From IMG/VR virus record IMGVR_UViG_3300036851_000098, positions 15,867-79,866 of that record: a stretch of DNA of 64,000 nucleotides; one strand, 5' to 3'. The position numbers and the translations under genes were made by a program. Below, piece by piece: positions 1-10,220 of the stretch (positions within the stretch are counted from its first letter, which is position 1; each line of letters starts with the position of its first letter). The stretch is from a virus. Under the pieces are notes generated by a model. The model was not told where the DNA came from. It ran no database searches and worked only from the letters and a program-made list of their open reading frames with translations.

Positions 1-156
1 AGCGTATCGGTATCTGATCTATATGAGCTTACCGGCATCCAGAGCGGGCACACTGATCACAAGTGGGGCTGGGTGACCCTACGTGGTGCCAAGATCGCTC
101 GGATGCGAAACCAGGGATATTTGTTGGATCTACCAATTCCGGAGCCTCTAGGCTAA
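1..156 (+). CDS. 3' end of conserved phage hypothetical protein (partial)
   Basis: Frame 1 is open from base 1 (SVSDLYELTG...KWGW...YLLDLPIPEPLG*); the TAA overlaps the next ATG. Confidence 0.75.
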   Translation, partial: SVSVSDLYELTGIQSGHTDHKWGWVTLRGAKIARMRNQGYLLDLPIPEPLG

Positions 157-389
157 TGGCTAACGCCGAGCAAAAACGAGCGTTTGTCGCTAGTCTATAT
201 GTTGGCCCAGGTTGGATGCGCCGGGTTGCGAACATGCTTGATGATCAAATCACGGCCATCTATCTAGATCATCAAGGAGAGAAGCAGCACCGTCTTCCGA
301 AGCCCAAGCCGGAACCGGTACAGGAACATCTCGATATTCCACTTGGGCACGGTCCTCACGCCAACGAGGACGAATTCCAAATCATTTAG
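156..389 (+). CDS. hypothetical protein
   Basis: ATG coupled to upstream stop (TAATG); MANAEQKRAF... Confidence 0.7.
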   Translation: MANAEQKRAFVASLYVGPGWMRRVANMLDDQITAIYLDHQGEKQHRLPKPKPEPVQEHLDIPLGHGPHANEDEFQII

Positions 390-398
390 GAGAGTTAG

Positions 399-569
399 AT
401 GGAGGAGTCGACCGAAGAAGAGTTTCGCGTCTCGCGTCCTCTTCCTTGCCCAGAGTGCCTAAGCGCAAAGGGTTTCAACAGAGTGGGTAAGTTCCGCTCG
501 CAATGCCAAAACTGCAACGCGCTGATCCCAAACTCAGCGATTGACCAAGAAGATCAGGAGCCTCAATGA
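399..569 (+). CDS. small zinc-ribbon protein (56 aa, not in ORF track)
   Basis: AGGAG SD; CPEC...CQNC; TGA overlaps next ATG (ATGA). Confidence 0.7.
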   Translation: MEESTEEEFRVSRPLPCPECLSAKGFNRVGKFRSQCQNCNALIPNSAIDQEDQEPQ

Positions 570-1510
570 GATTCGTACCAACCGCGATCAGTCGAAAGGT
601 CGCTTCGCAAGCATTGCTTACCAAGAAGAACTCGCCGACGATCCTGTTCGGCGTGGGCGTCGTCAGCATGGTGGGCTCCACAGTCCTCGCATGCCGTGCG
701 ACTCTTAAAATGGAGGAGGCCCTCGACAAGATCGAGGACGACAAGAATCAGGCCGTGAAGACGAAGGAACTGGTCGACTCAGGTCAGATGAATTCAGATG
801 TCACATATTCGGACAAGGAGCACAAGCGGGACCTCGCCATCATCAGCGTGCGTGGTGTTGGGAGTATTGCCAAGCTGTATGCGCCGTCGGTTATTCTTGG
901 CGGTGTTGGCATTGTCTGTCTGACCAAGTCGCATTCAATCCTTATGGAGCGTAATACGGCATTGACGGCAGCTTACATTACCATCGACAAGGCATTCTCG
1001 GCATACCGAGAGCGAGTGGTCGATCGCTACGGCGAGGACGTGGATCGCGAGCTTCGTTACGGCTCAGAGGAGATCGACGACATCGACGAGGAGACCGGTA
1101 AGGTCAAGACGTTGACTGTGGCGGCTTCTGGAGAGGTCTCGGGCTATGCCCGGTGGTTCGACGACACGAACGCCAACTGGAACGGCCCGGATTTCGATCG
1201 ACACAACTGGCTATTTCTGCGTAATCAGCAGAACTGGGCCAACGACATGCTTCGAGCTCGGGGGCATTTGTTTCTGAACGAGGTCTACTCGATGTTGGGG
1301 CTAACTCATACCTCAGCCGGAGCCATTGTGGGCTGGGTCTACAAGCGAGAGAACGAAGTCGGAGATAACTTCGTCGACTTTGGCTGCTGGGATCAAGAGA
1401 GCGGCCAGCCCAACGAGTTCTACAACGGCCGAGAGGGGATCCTACTCGACTTCAATGTCGACGGCCCCATTTGGGCACTTATCGATGACAGTGTTGCGAG
1501 GAACTCATGA
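566..1510 (+). CDS. conserved phage protein (DUF6353-like)
   Basis: KKNSPTIL plus hydrophobic N-terminus; GHLFLNEVY..LG, GW and LDFNVDG motifs typical of this phage family. Confidence 0.7.
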   Translation: MRFVPTAISRKVASQALLTKKNSPTILFGVGVVSMVGSTVLACRATLKMEEALDKIEDDKNQAVKTKELVDSGQMNSDVTYSDKEHKRDLAIISVRGVGSIAKLYAPSVILGGVGIVCLTKSHSILMERNTALTAAYITIDKAFSAYRERVVDRYGEDVDRELRYGSEEIDDIDEETGKVKTLTVAASGEVSGYARWFDDTNANWNGPDFDRHNWLFLRNQQNWANDMLRARGHLFLNEVYSMLGLTHTSAGAIVGWVYKRENEVGDNFVDFGCWDQESGQPNEFYNGREGILLDFNVDGPIWALIDDSVARNS

Positions 1511-2472
1511 ACAACTCTATTTCAGAGAAGTTCCAGGAGCTCTCAGAGCATATTCTCCCGCATGTCAAGACCGCGGCAAAGGACCAGGTCATCGAGGTTC
1601 TGAACGAAGCTTCGATCGAGGCTTTGGCTGAATCTGCCGCTCAGAAGGATGCTATGGTTCGGATTACCGAGTCCATGAGCAAAATCAAGGTCCAGTTCGG
1701 TCTTCTCGGAATCGCAATGGGTGCGACCGCTGGAGGAATGGCTGCTTTCGCCATCGCATACCGCAAGGCGGAGACAAAGTACTCCAAGATCGCCGATGAA
1801 GAGATCGAGGAGATGCGCGAGCACTACCAGGCGAAGAGTCTGGCGCTGGAAGCCGACAAAGGTAAGGGCGACCTTGAGGAGATCGTCAAGGAGAGGGGAT
1901 ATTCTTCTCCCGAATCCCAGAGTGTCCCTCAGCCAATGGCAATTCAGCCTCCGTTGAAGGTGGTGGAGGAGGCCGCAGAAGCAGTCGAAGGATCAGTAGA
2001 TCTGGATGCTCCTGAGAACGCCTCTATCAAGGCGCAGGTCGGTGAGCCTGAACCTAGAAACATATTCCAGCAGGCTGAGACCACTCACGAGTGGGACTGG
2101 GAAGCTGAGCGACGGAGTCGACGGCCGAATAAGCCGTATGTCGTGCATGCCGACGAGCGCCATGAGATCGAGGAGTACCACGATGTCAGCCTGACGTACT
2201 ACGAGGTAGACGACGTTCTGTGTGACGATCGAGACGAAATCGTCGATCCGGCCGATCGTGACGAACTCATCGGAGAAGCGAACTTGGAGCGGTTTGGCCA
2301 TGGTTCGGGCGATGCGTCTGTCGTCTATATTCGGAACGACAAACTTGAGATCCTCTACGAGGTGATCAAATCGCCGAATTCCTTTGCGGAGGAAGTGCAC
2401 GGAATCAAGCACGAGTCCTATGACCGAGGAAACCTTAGGCGCATGCGAATGAGGGAGATGGATGACGAATGA
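1507..2472 (+). CDS. conserved acidic phage protein with TM segment
   Basis: 321-aa coupled ORF; LTYY..DDVL.D, FG.GS.D..VVYIRN. Confidence 0.75.
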   Translation: MNNSISEKFQELSEHILPHVKTAAKDQVIEVLNEASIEALAESAAQKDAMVRITESMSKIKVQFGLLGIAMGATAGGMAAFAIAYRKAETKYSKIADEEIEEMREHYQAKSLALEADKGKGDLEEIVKERGYSSPESQSVPQPMAIQPPLKVVEEAAEAVEGSVDLDAPENASIKAQVGEPEPRNIFQQAETTHEWDWEAERRSRRPNKPYVVHADERHEIEEYHDVSLTYYEVDDVLCDDRDEIVDPADRDELIGEANLERFGHGSGDASVVYIRNDKLEILYEVIKSPNSFAEEVHGIKHESYDRGNLRRMRMREMDDE

Positions 2473-3004
2473 CCAACTTAGAGAAGACTATCTAGGCTGG
2501 TTAGCGCCTCAACTCGGAATCGAGAACGGTAATCCGGGCAAGACCTATAATGAACTTCTCATTGCAATGTTCGAGAAGGAATTTGGTTGGGTTTTGCCCA
2601 TGGATGAGAATCGAATGGTGGATGGCACTGACTTGCGAGTGGAGTATGCCCGCAAGCATCATATTCGCCCAAACACCTTGGAATTCCTTGGCGGGTGTTC
2701 GTTTCTTGAGGTTTTGATAGGACTTTCTCGTCGTCTGTCTTTTGCCGCAGGGGAGGATGCTCCAGGGTGGGCCTGGCAGCTTATTTGTAATCTCGAACTG
2801 CACAAGATGCCAGATCCACTCACGCGGCACAAGTACCGAAAGGTGCAAGAAATCATGGATGGTGTAATTGGTAGGACGTATGCACCCGATGGCACCGGTG
2901 GGTTTTTTCCTCTGGCTTGGCCGGATGATGATCAAACCACAGTCGAACTCTGGTATCAGATGCATTCGTTTGTCGAAGAATTACATCCGGAGCATCGAAG
3001 ATGA
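2462..3004 (+). CDS. conserved phage hypothetical protein
   Basis: 180-aa coupled ORF; DENR..DG..LR, GGFFPL, ELWYQM. Confidence 0.75.
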   Translation: MTNDQLREDYLGWLAPQLGIENGNPGKTYNELLIAMFEKEFGWVLPMDENRMVDGTDLRVEYARKHHIRPNTLEFLGGCSFLEVLIGLSRRLSFAAGEDAPGWAWQLICNLELHKMPDPLTRHKYRKVQEIMDGVIGRTYAPDGTGGFFPLAWPDDDQTTVELWYQMHSFVEELHPEHRR

Positions 3005-3225
3005 CCAATATAGAGGTAGGGATCAAGAAGGAGAGTTCACACAAGAGGCCGAAAGAAGTTGCTCATGATGAATCACCGGCCGTAGTCAGTAGTCACGCTT
3101 TCGAACCCATCGCAGAATGGTGGTCGAGGTGTAAGCATTGCTCTCTATATGAAGCTGCTCACGCTGAGACCACTCTGCATCATCCGGTTGGGTACGTTTC
3201 CGACGATATGCAAGCCGAGGAGTAG
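3001..3225 (+). CDS. hypothetical protein
   Basis: Coupled ORF with CKHC; start uncertain. Confidence 0.45.
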   Translation: MTNIEVGIKKESSHKRPKEVAHDESPAVVSSHAFEPIAEWWSRCKHCSLYEAAHAETTLHHPVGYVSDDMQAEE

Positions 3226-3227
3226 TA

Positions 3228-3461
3228 GTGGAAGAGAGTAGCACTGAGCGATTTCTTCGTTTGATGAATGAACAAAACATCGCAATCGCTGCCCAGGATG
3301 CTCAGAAAATCAGCAATCGATCTACGCCAGACCCAGTCCGACTACAAAGAGACCAGGAACGTCGAGAAAAATATGGCGAATTGCGAGCTCGTGAGCATCC
3401 TGGTAAACGCCCAAAGCAAGCGCACAGCATATTTCCTTATATAGATCTTTCGAAGGACTAG
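3228..3461 (+). CDS. hypothetical protein
   Basis: GAGGAG SD, GTG start. Confidence 0.55.
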   Translation: MEESSTERFLRLMNEQNIAIAAQDAQKISNRSTPDPVRLQRDQERREKYGELRAREHPGKRPKQAHSIFPYIDLSKD

Positions 3462-3481
3462 ATTAGGAGAGAGGAGGTTTA

Positions 3482-6400
3482 GTGGATTTCTATCAGATCC
3501 TTGCACGCGAAACAAAGGACAAGAACGATCCGAGGTTGGAGTTGTACCCTGACTTCGTGGTCGGGCGCTCTGAGGATCTGATGGTCCAAGGCGGTAAGTT
3601 CTACGCCATTTGGGATGAAGAGAAGGGCCTATGGTCTCGCGATGAATATGACGTTCAGCGTCTTGTCGATGAGGATCTTCGGCAAACGAGAGAGCGGTTG
3701 GAACAGGATACAGGCCAGAAGTACACCGTGAAGTTCATGCGGTCATTCCACTCGAACATCTGGGCGCAGTTCCGGAAGTTCATGGCACATATTTCGGATA
3801 ACAGCAAGCCCTTGGACCGAAAGTTGGTGTTCGCCAACACGGAAGTGAAGAAGAAGGACTACGCTAGCAAGAAGCTTCCCTATGACATCGGTGAAGGTGA
3901 TATTTCCGCATGGGAAGAACTGACATCAACTCTGTATTCTCCAGACGAACGAGCGAAGATCGAGTGGGCGATCGGGTCAATTGTTGCCGGGGATTCAAAG
4001 AAGATCCAGAAGTTCCTGGTGTTCTACGGACCTCCAGGTACCGGGAAGTCAACGATCTTAAATATCATTCAGCAACTGTTCGAGGGGTATACGACTTCCT
4101 TCGATGGGAAGGCCCTTGGGTCATCTAGCTCTCAGTTCGCTACTGAGGCATTCAAATATAACCCTCTGGTGGCTATTCAGCATGACGGCGATCTTAGTCG
4201 TATCGAGGACAATGCGCGGCTGAACTCTATTGTCGCTCACGAAGAAATGACGATGAACGAGAAGTATAAGCCTTCATATTCTTCAAGAATCGATGCCATG
4301 CTGTTCCTCGGATCGAATCAGCCGGTGAGAATCTCCGATGCCAAGTCGGGTATTATTCGTCGACTGATCGATATTCATCCGACAGGAATCAAGTTCGCGC
4401 CAAAGCGCTACCAAACGCTTATGACTCAGATCGGCTTTGAGCTTGGCGCCATAGCGCATCATTGTCATCAAGTATATTTGACGATGGGCAAGAACTTCTA
4501 TAACGGTTATCGCCCGTTGGAGATGATGTTGCAGACCGATGTCTTCTTCAACTTCATCGAAGCTTACTTCGATGTGTTCAAGAAGCAGAATTACACCACA
4601 CTCAAGCAGGCTTACACGATGTATCGTGAGTACTGCGCTGAGAGCGGAATCGAGCGGCCCATGCCTCAGTACAAGATGCGTGAGGAACTGCGCAACTACT
4701 TTGATGAGTTCAAGGATAGAGGTGAGATCGATGGGGAAGCAGTTCGAAGCCTATATATGGGCTTCACGGCCGAGAAGTTCAAGACTCCTACGGATGATCC
4801 GACGCAGTTTTCGCTCGTCCTTGAAGAGAAGACGTCTCTGCTGGATGAGCTCCTCGCACGATTTCCCGCTCAGCTAGCAAACGCTGATGGGATGCCTACC
4901 AAACGGTGGGCAAATGTGACGACAACTCTTTCAGATATTGATTCGCGAAAAATTCACTACGTGAAAGTTCCTGAAAAACACGTGGTTATCGACTTCGATC
5001 TGAAGGACCAAAATGGCCATAAAGCTCTGGAAAGAAACCTGGAAGCGGCATCTCACTGGCCTGCTACTTATGCAGAGATCAGCAAGTCCGGCTCAGGAAT
5101 CCATCTTCATTACAACTACACCGGAGGCGATGTCTCAGATCTCAGGCGTGATTACGCTGATGGGATCGAAGTTAAGGTTTATACTGGTGACGCCTCTCTC
5201 CGTCGACGACTTACTCGCTGTAATAACGTGGGAGTGGCCGAAATCTCCAGCGGGCTTCCGCTAAAAGACAAGAGGGAGCCGATGCTAAAGACAAAAACTA
5301 TGCAGAGCGAACAAGGGCTCCGAGATTTGATTCAGCGGAATCTTCGTAAGGAGATTCATCCTGGAACCAAGCCTTCGGTGGACTTCATCAAGAAGGTCCT
5401 CGATGATGCTTACGAGTCAGGTATTCAGTATGACGTGACCGATCTTCGTAGTCGTATTGTCGCTTTCGCCAACAACTCCTCCAATCAGGCGCAGGCGTGT
5501 CTGAAGACGGTCAACGAGATGCGATGGAAGTCAGAAGAAGCTGGAGAAACCAAGGAGGAAGCCTTCACTTCCGACCATAATGTTGACGTAAAAGACGATC
5601 GCATTGCGTTCTTCGACGTAGAAGTCTATGAGAACCTCTTCGTGATCTGCTGGAAATTCCAGGGATCTGATGAAGTGGTGAAGATGGTCAACCCAAAGGC
5701 CCATGAGGTCGCGGAGTTGTTCAGTCTCAAGCTGGTTGGTTTCTACAACCGTCGATACGACAATCATATTCTTTACGCAGCAGCTATGGGAGCCAGTAAC
5801 GCGGAGCTCTTCACGTTGTCAAAGAAGTTGGTTATTGATAACAACCGATCAGTGTCGTTTGCTCAGGCGTACAATCTCTCATACGCTGATATTTGGGAGT
5901 TCTCGTCTGAGAAGAAGTCTCTGAAGAAGTTCGAGATTGACCTGGGGATCCTGCACATGGAGCTGGATATTCCTTGGGATCAGCCTGTTGACGAGAAGGA
6001 TTGGCCCAGAGTTGTGGCATACTGTGAAAACGACGTGCGCGCAACCGAAGCCGTGTTTGAGGATCGTAAGGGGGACTTCACAGCGCGGCTAATTCTAGCT
6101 GAGTTGTCTGGTTTGACCCCCAACGATACTACGCAAAACCATACCGCCAAGATCATATTTGGCGACAAGGTGAAGACAGCCAACAAAGACTTCGTCTACA
6201 CCGATCTCTCGAAGGAGTTCCCCGGGTACAAGTTCGAGCTCGGAAAGAGCTATTACAAGGGGGAAGAGCCTGGCGAAGGTGGCTATGTGTATGCCGAGCC
6301 GGGTATGTATTCAAATGTCGCCGTCTTGGATGTTGCATCGATGCATCCGATGTCGATCATCAAGCTGAACGCATTCGGTCCTTATACGCAGAAGTTCGAA

Positions 6401-7339
6401 GACTTGATCAAAGCTCGCATCGCGATCAAACGTAAAGATTTTGAGGCTGCCTCCTACATGATGGATGGGCGCCTGAAGCCGTTCCTCCTAAACGAGGACG
6501 AAAGCTATGACGTAGAGGGAGCTGACAAGCTTGCCTACGCACTCAAGATCGTGATCAATATTGTTTACGGTCTCACTTCTGCCAAGTTCGATAATCCGTT
6601 CCGCGATATTCGCAACGTCGACAACATCGTCGCCAAACGCGGCGCCTTATTCATGATCGATCTCAAGCACGCCTTGCAAGAGAAGGGCGTCTCGGTTGTG
6701 CACATCAAGACGGACTCTGTCAAGATCCCGGATACTACTCCGGATATCATCAAATTTGTCACAGAGTTCGGTGCCAAGTACGGGTATGACTTCGAGCACG
6801 AAGAGACATATGACCGATTCTGCCTGGTCAACGATGCGGTCTACGTGGCTGGGATTCAGGCAGTGCCTTGGGAAGAGAACTTCCCGAAGTATAAGTGGAC
6901 TGCTGTTGGTGCACAGTTCCAGCACCCTTACGTCTTCAAGACGTTGTTCTCAGAAGAAGATATTTCGTTTGAGGATTATCGAGAGGGTCGTTCTGTCGTC
7001 AAGGGAGCGATGTATCTCGATAAAGCGGAAATGGAAGAGCCTGACTACACCAAGATGCGCCATATTGGCAAGACTGGCCTGTTCGTTCCAGTTCTGTCTG
7101 GTGGCGGAAAGCTTTACCGCGTCAACAAAGATACAGATGCCGAAGGTCACGATATCGAAAAATACTACGCGGTGAGCGGTACTAAGGGCCATCTCTGGAT
7201 GGATGCCGATGAAGCAAGCGAAGCCAACGAGAAGGGCAATCTCGAAATTGACATGTCATATTTCGAGAAATTGAAAGATGACGCCGTCAAGACGATCGAG
7301 AAGTTCGGTAACTTCGACGAATTCATAGGGAGGAAGTGA
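3482..7339 (+). CDS. DNA helicase (SF3/D5-like)-primase-family B DNA polymerase fusion
   Basis: Walker A GPPGTGKS; prim-pol-like DFD...HLHY; exonuclease FFDVE, YN..YD, YCENDV; PolB motifs DVASMHP, KIVINIVYG, IKTDS. Confidence 0.9.
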   Translation: MDFYQILARETKDKNDPRLELYPDFVVGRSEDLMVQGGKFYAIWDEEKGLWSRDEYDVQRLVDEDLRQTRERLEQDTGQKYTVKFMRSFHSNIWAQFRKFMAHISDNSKPLDRKLVFANTEVKKKDYASKKLPYDIGEGDISAWEELTSTLYSPDERAKIEWAIGSIVAGDSKKIQKFLVFYGPPGTGKSTILNIIQQLFEGYTTSFDGKALGSSSSQFATEAFKYNPLVAIQHDGDLSRIEDNARLNSIVAHEEMTMNEKYKPSYSSRIDAMLFLGSNQPVRISDAKSGIIRRLIDIHPTGIKFAPKRYQTLMTQIGFELGAIAHHCHQVYLTMGKNFYNGYRPLEMMLQTDVFFNFIEAYFDVFKKQNYTTLKQAYTMYREYCAESGIERPMPQYKMREELRNYFDEFKDRGEIDGEAVRSLYMGFTAEKFKTPTDDPTQFSLVLEEKTSLLDELLARFPAQLANADGMPTKRWANVTTTLSDIDSRKIHYVKVPEKHVVIDFDLKDQNGHKALERNLEAASHWPATYAEISKSGSGIHLHYNYTGGDVSDLRRDYADGIEVKVYTGDASLRRRLTRCNNVGVAEISSGLPLKDKREPMLKTKTMQSEQGLRDLIQRNLRKEIHPGTKPSVDFIKKVLDDAYESGIQYDVTDLRSRIVAFANNSSNQAQACLKTVNEMRWKSEEAGETKEEAFTSDHNVDVKDDRIAFFDVEVYENLFVICWKFQGSDEVVKMVNPKAHEVAELFSLKLVGFYNRRYDNHILYAAAMGASNAELFTLSKKLVIDNNRSVSFAQAYNLSYADIWEFSSEKKSLKKFEIDLGILHMELDIPWDQPVDEKDWPRVVAYCENDVRATEAVFEDRKGDFTARLILAELSGLTPNDTTQNHTAKIIFGDKVKTANKDFVYTDLSKEFPGYKFELGKSYYKGEEPGEGGYVYAEPGMYSNVAVLDVASMHPMSIIKLNAFGPYTQKFEDLIKARIAIKRKDFEAASYMMDGRLKPFLLNEDESYDVEGADKLAYALKIVINIVYGLTSAKFDNPFRDIRNVDNIVAKRGALFMIDLKHALQEKGVSVVHIKTDSVKIPDTTPDIIKFVTEFGAKYGYDFEHEETYDRFCLVNDAVYVAGIQAVPWEENFPKYKWTAVGAQFQHPYVFKTLFSEEDISFEDYREGRSVVKGAMYLDKAEMEEPDYTKMRHIGKTGLFVPVLSGGGKLYRVNKDTDAEGHDIEKYYAVSGTKGHLWMDADEASEANEKGNLEIDMSYFEKLKDDAVKTIEKFGNFDEFIGRK

Positions 7340-7665
7340 TGAGGGAAGAACTACAAGAAAAGCTAGTGCTAGGTGGGTTTGTGTTGATTGGGCTTGCCCA
7401 ACTGGCACTCCACCCTCGAAAGACATACAACCTAGTCGTCCATAAAGTCGGCTGGCACAACTGATGGGAATCAACAACATAGGATTTCTTATCTCGGACG
7501 GCGACATTCACATTACGCTGCACCCTCCTGAGAGTTCGAGGATTATTCAAGCTCAAGCTGCATACGCACAAACTCTGATCGAAGCTCATCGCCGCGGAGA
7601 ACATCCGTGGGGAAACATGCGACGAGATTGTCCGTTGTGCCAGCTGAATAAATAGAAAGGAAATT

Positions 7666-7926
7666 TTGTCCCGACATATTATCGAGCAGGGGGAGAAGAA
7701 ATACGTGTTCGGCTGGGATCAGTCGCTCATGAGCTTCTATCTTCAAATTCATGATCTACTCAAAGAGCCAGATCATGAGGATCGAATTCCTGTTTGGTTG
7801 GGGGCTACAGTAAATACTCGCATGTACGAAGTTGAGGAGCTTGTACATGCAGCTCAGAAGTATGGGCTACATATTGATCATCAAACGCAGGTCAAACTCT
7901 ACGGAGAAAAAGATGATGGAGTCTAG
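7666..7926 (+). CDS. hypothetical protein
   Basis: AAAGGA SD, TTG start; FGWD..LMSFYLQ. Confidence 0.65.
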   Translation: MSRHIIEQGEKKYVFGWDQSLMSFYLQIHDLLKEPDHEDRIPVWLGATVNTRMYEVEELVHAAQKYGLHIDHQTQVKLYGEKDDGV

Positions 7927-8209
7927 AATAGAAGCATCTGCTGAGGAGAGGCAAAAAGTTCTTCTTAACATGCTAAACACTCTAGGCTCTTTGACAGTTC
8001 AGAAAGCATGGGAAGTTGGACATAGTGCAGGGTTCTACATCGGTGGCGATGTAGGTCTTGTCAAGGACGATCTAAAGGCGCTCAGTAATCAACGACTGGC
8101 TCGTCGACATGATGGGTTTTGGCGCCACATCAATGAGCCGGATCGTATTCGGCGAAAGTATAAGCGGTGGGCTGATTACTGGACCCCGCTTGGGAAAGGA
8201 GTTAAGTGA
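7913..8209 (+). CDS. hypothetical protein (possible winged helix)
   Basis: Coupled ORF with GGAG SD. Confidence 0.5.
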   Translation: MMESRIEASAEERQKVLLNMLNTLGSLTVQKAWEVGHSAGFYIGGDVGLVKDDLKALSNQRLARRHDGFWRHINEPDRIRRKYKRWADYWTPLGKGVK

Positions 8210-8682
8210 AGTATAGAAAGAAGCCACCTGTCGTCGAAGCCACTCAGTGGTGGAGAAACGGCGATCATCCCCAAGACAAGTCAAAGTCGGTAGACACCGC
8301 TGGTGGAGGAACTACTCTCACCGAAGGTAAGGTCGTCCGATATTTCCGCCGACTCAACGTTCCTGGGAATCGATTCTGTCAGGAATGTGGGCAGATTATG
8401 CAGCGGCACGGTCTCCTTAACGGACTGAACGGAGAAGAGGTCATCTGCCCTGGTGACTATATCGTCACCAACAAGCAGGGGCTTCTCTACCGAATGAGGT
8501 CCGTCGACTTCGAGGCTCAGTACGAGCCGTACGATACGGTCGCTCATCCGTCGCCCAAGATGGATAAGCCCGAGCCGGTCTTGGCGGATGAGGAACAAGG
8601 GAAGAACCCTCCGAAGGAGGATAAATCCCCTCCCAAGAAGCCTGAGCCAATCACAGTCGATCCTGGCAAAGTAAGTTCGTGA
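8206..8682 (+). CDS. KYRKKP...PGDY family phage protein (possible nucleotide-signal sponge)
   Basis: MKYRKKP.VVEA.QW ... PGDYIV...G..Y....FEAQYEP. Confidence 0.65.
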   Translation: MKYRKKPPVVEATQWWRNGDHPQDKSKSVDTAGGGTTLTEGKVVRYFRRLNVPGNRFCQECGQIMQRHGLLNGLNGEEVICPGDYIVTNKQGLLYRMRSVDFEAQYEPYDTVAHPSPKMDKPEPVLADEEQGKNPPKEDKSPPKKPEPITVDPGKVSS

Positions 8683-8888
8683 GGATTAACCAAGATACTC
8701 TGCGTCGAGATACGGTGGTATTGATAACCGAGATCGACAAGCAGATCGAAGAAGCTAAGTCAGCTATGAGAGCCTCTACGTCGACTACGTTGACGCGCAA
8801 CTTCTCAGCTGATTCCACGTATGCCACGTTGCTTGGAGCCAAGGCAACGGCATACAACACACTCGTACTCCTCCAAACCAAGAGATAA
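8679..8888 (+). CDS. hypothetical protein
   Basis: Coupled ORF (GTGA overlap). Confidence 0.55.
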   Translation: MRINQDTLRRDTVVLITEIDKQIEEAKSAMRASTSTTLTRNFSADSTYATLLGAKATAYNTLVLLQTKR

Positions 8889-8890
8889 AG

Positions 8891-9112
8891 ATGGATGAGT
8901 ACCCCATATTCACCAAGGAAGCGTTGAAGGATCAAGATGGTAAAAAGGTCCCTCTGACCAAGTACCCAGGGGGACCGGTCATCGGCGAATGCACTCTGAA
9001 GTACAACGAAGCTGAGAAACGGTTGGACCTTGTTGAAGCCAGCATCACAGACGAGGCGTATCTCAAGTTGCTCAGCAATCCATCCGTGCCCATATCTAAG
9101 AAGGAGAGGTAA
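8891..9112 (+). CDS. hypothetical protein
   Basis: Tightly packed ORF, stop overlaps SSB start. Confidence 0.55.
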   Translation: MDEYPIFTKEALKDQDGKKVPLTKYPGGPVIGECTLKYNEAEKRLDLVEASITDEAYLKLLSNPSVPISKKER

Positions 9113-9600
9113 TGTCACGTGTAGAAGAGCCAGTTGTGATGGAGAATGTGAGGATCATTTTCCGTAACTTCGAAGGCAAGGAAGGCCCGTTCAACAAGCC
9201 GGGAGAGCGAAACTTCGGCGTGGTCCTTCCGCCTGACGTCGCCGAAGCCATGGCGCGCGACGGATGGAACGTCAAATATCTCGACCCGAGAGACGAAGAC
9301 GAGATCGACCCCAATGATCCGTTGGAGGGCCGGACCCCATGGCTATCGGTGAAGGTCGCCTACGACAAGGGACGTCCGCCGAAGATCATGCTGATCACGT
9401 CTCGTGGAAAGACGGCGCTGGACGAGGCCACGGTCAAGGAGCTCGATTGGGCCGACATCACTAACGTCGATCTGATCGTCAGTCCGTTTAACTGGGAAAT
9501 CAACCAGAAGGCGGGAGTCGCGGCCTACTGCAAGTCGATGTTTGTCACGATCGAGGAGGACGAACTCGAGCGCAAGTACGCAGAGATGGACGGGCAGTAA
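9112..9600 (+). CDS. single-stranded DNA-binding protein (phage type)
   Basis: RIIFRNF.G....N..G.RNF, GWNVK, VDLIVSP..W, acidic C-terminus; lies in replication block. Confidence 0.75.
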   Translation: MSRVEEPVVMENVRIIFRNFEGKEGPFNKPGERNFGVVLPPDVAEAMARDGWNVKYLDPRDEDEIDPNDPLEGRTPWLSVKVAYDKGRPPKIMLITSRGKTALDEATVKELDWADITNVDLIVSPFNWEINQKAGVAAYCKSMFVTIEEDELERKYAEMDGQ

Positions 9601-9777
9601 TGGTTCGACAGTGGAACTGGGAACTGATCGGAGTTCTCTTCGCGCTGGCATGCTTCTGGGTCTTTGTGATCTGGAGCTTGATGGAGATCTTCTAACGTGA
9701 TCACCGGCGCCATCATCATGCTTGTGGGGATCCTCGTTGGATGGGCCCTGAAATCTTCTACCACTTCTGACACGTAA
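9600..9777 (+). CDS. two tiny membrane peptides (9600-9695, 9697-9777)
   Basis: MVRQWNWELIGVLFALACFWVFVIWSLMEIF* and MITGAIIMLVGILVGWALKSSTTSDT*, packed end to end. Confidence 0.45.
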
Positions 9778-9810
9778 ATCCGTAAAATACGGAAGGACAC
9801 TGCCGTACAT

Positions 9811-10218
9811 ATGACAGCTGTTACCACAACTCGATACATCAGGAAGCCACTCTACGTCGATGCTGTGAGGGTGACCAAGCAGAACTTCGACGCGATTGCG
9901 GAGTGGTGCCAGGGTGAGATCCTGGAGGAGGATGACAGGAACCAGCAGGAACAGAAGTTCATCCGGGTCCGTGTCCACAATCCGAAGAACACGCGTCAGA
10001 CGCAGGCGTTCGTCGGAGACTGGATCCTCTATACCGAGCGCGGCTACAAGGTCTACACGAACAAGGCCTTCCGAGGTTCGTTTGACCTGGTGGAAGTGGA
10101 GGATCCGGACCTGGACCTCGACGAGGAGCTCTCAGAGGAGGAAGAGGCGACCTTTCAGAACGGCACTAAGCTAGAGGAGAAGACCTTTTCGGAACCCGCC
10201 GATGAGAAGGTGGCGTAG
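9811..10218 (+). CDS. phage protein related to the KKP...GD(W/Y)I family
   Basis: RYIRKPLYVDAV...AFVGDWILY...YKVY...AF..SF, acidic tail. Confidence 0.7.
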   Translation: MTAVTTTRYIRKPLYVDAVRVTKQNFDAIAEWCQGEILEEDDRNQQEQKFIRVRVHNPKNTRQTQAFVGDWILYTERGYKVYTNKAFRGSFDLVEVEDPDLDLDEELSEEEEATFQNGTKLEEKTFSEPADEKVA

Positions 10219-10220
10219 TC

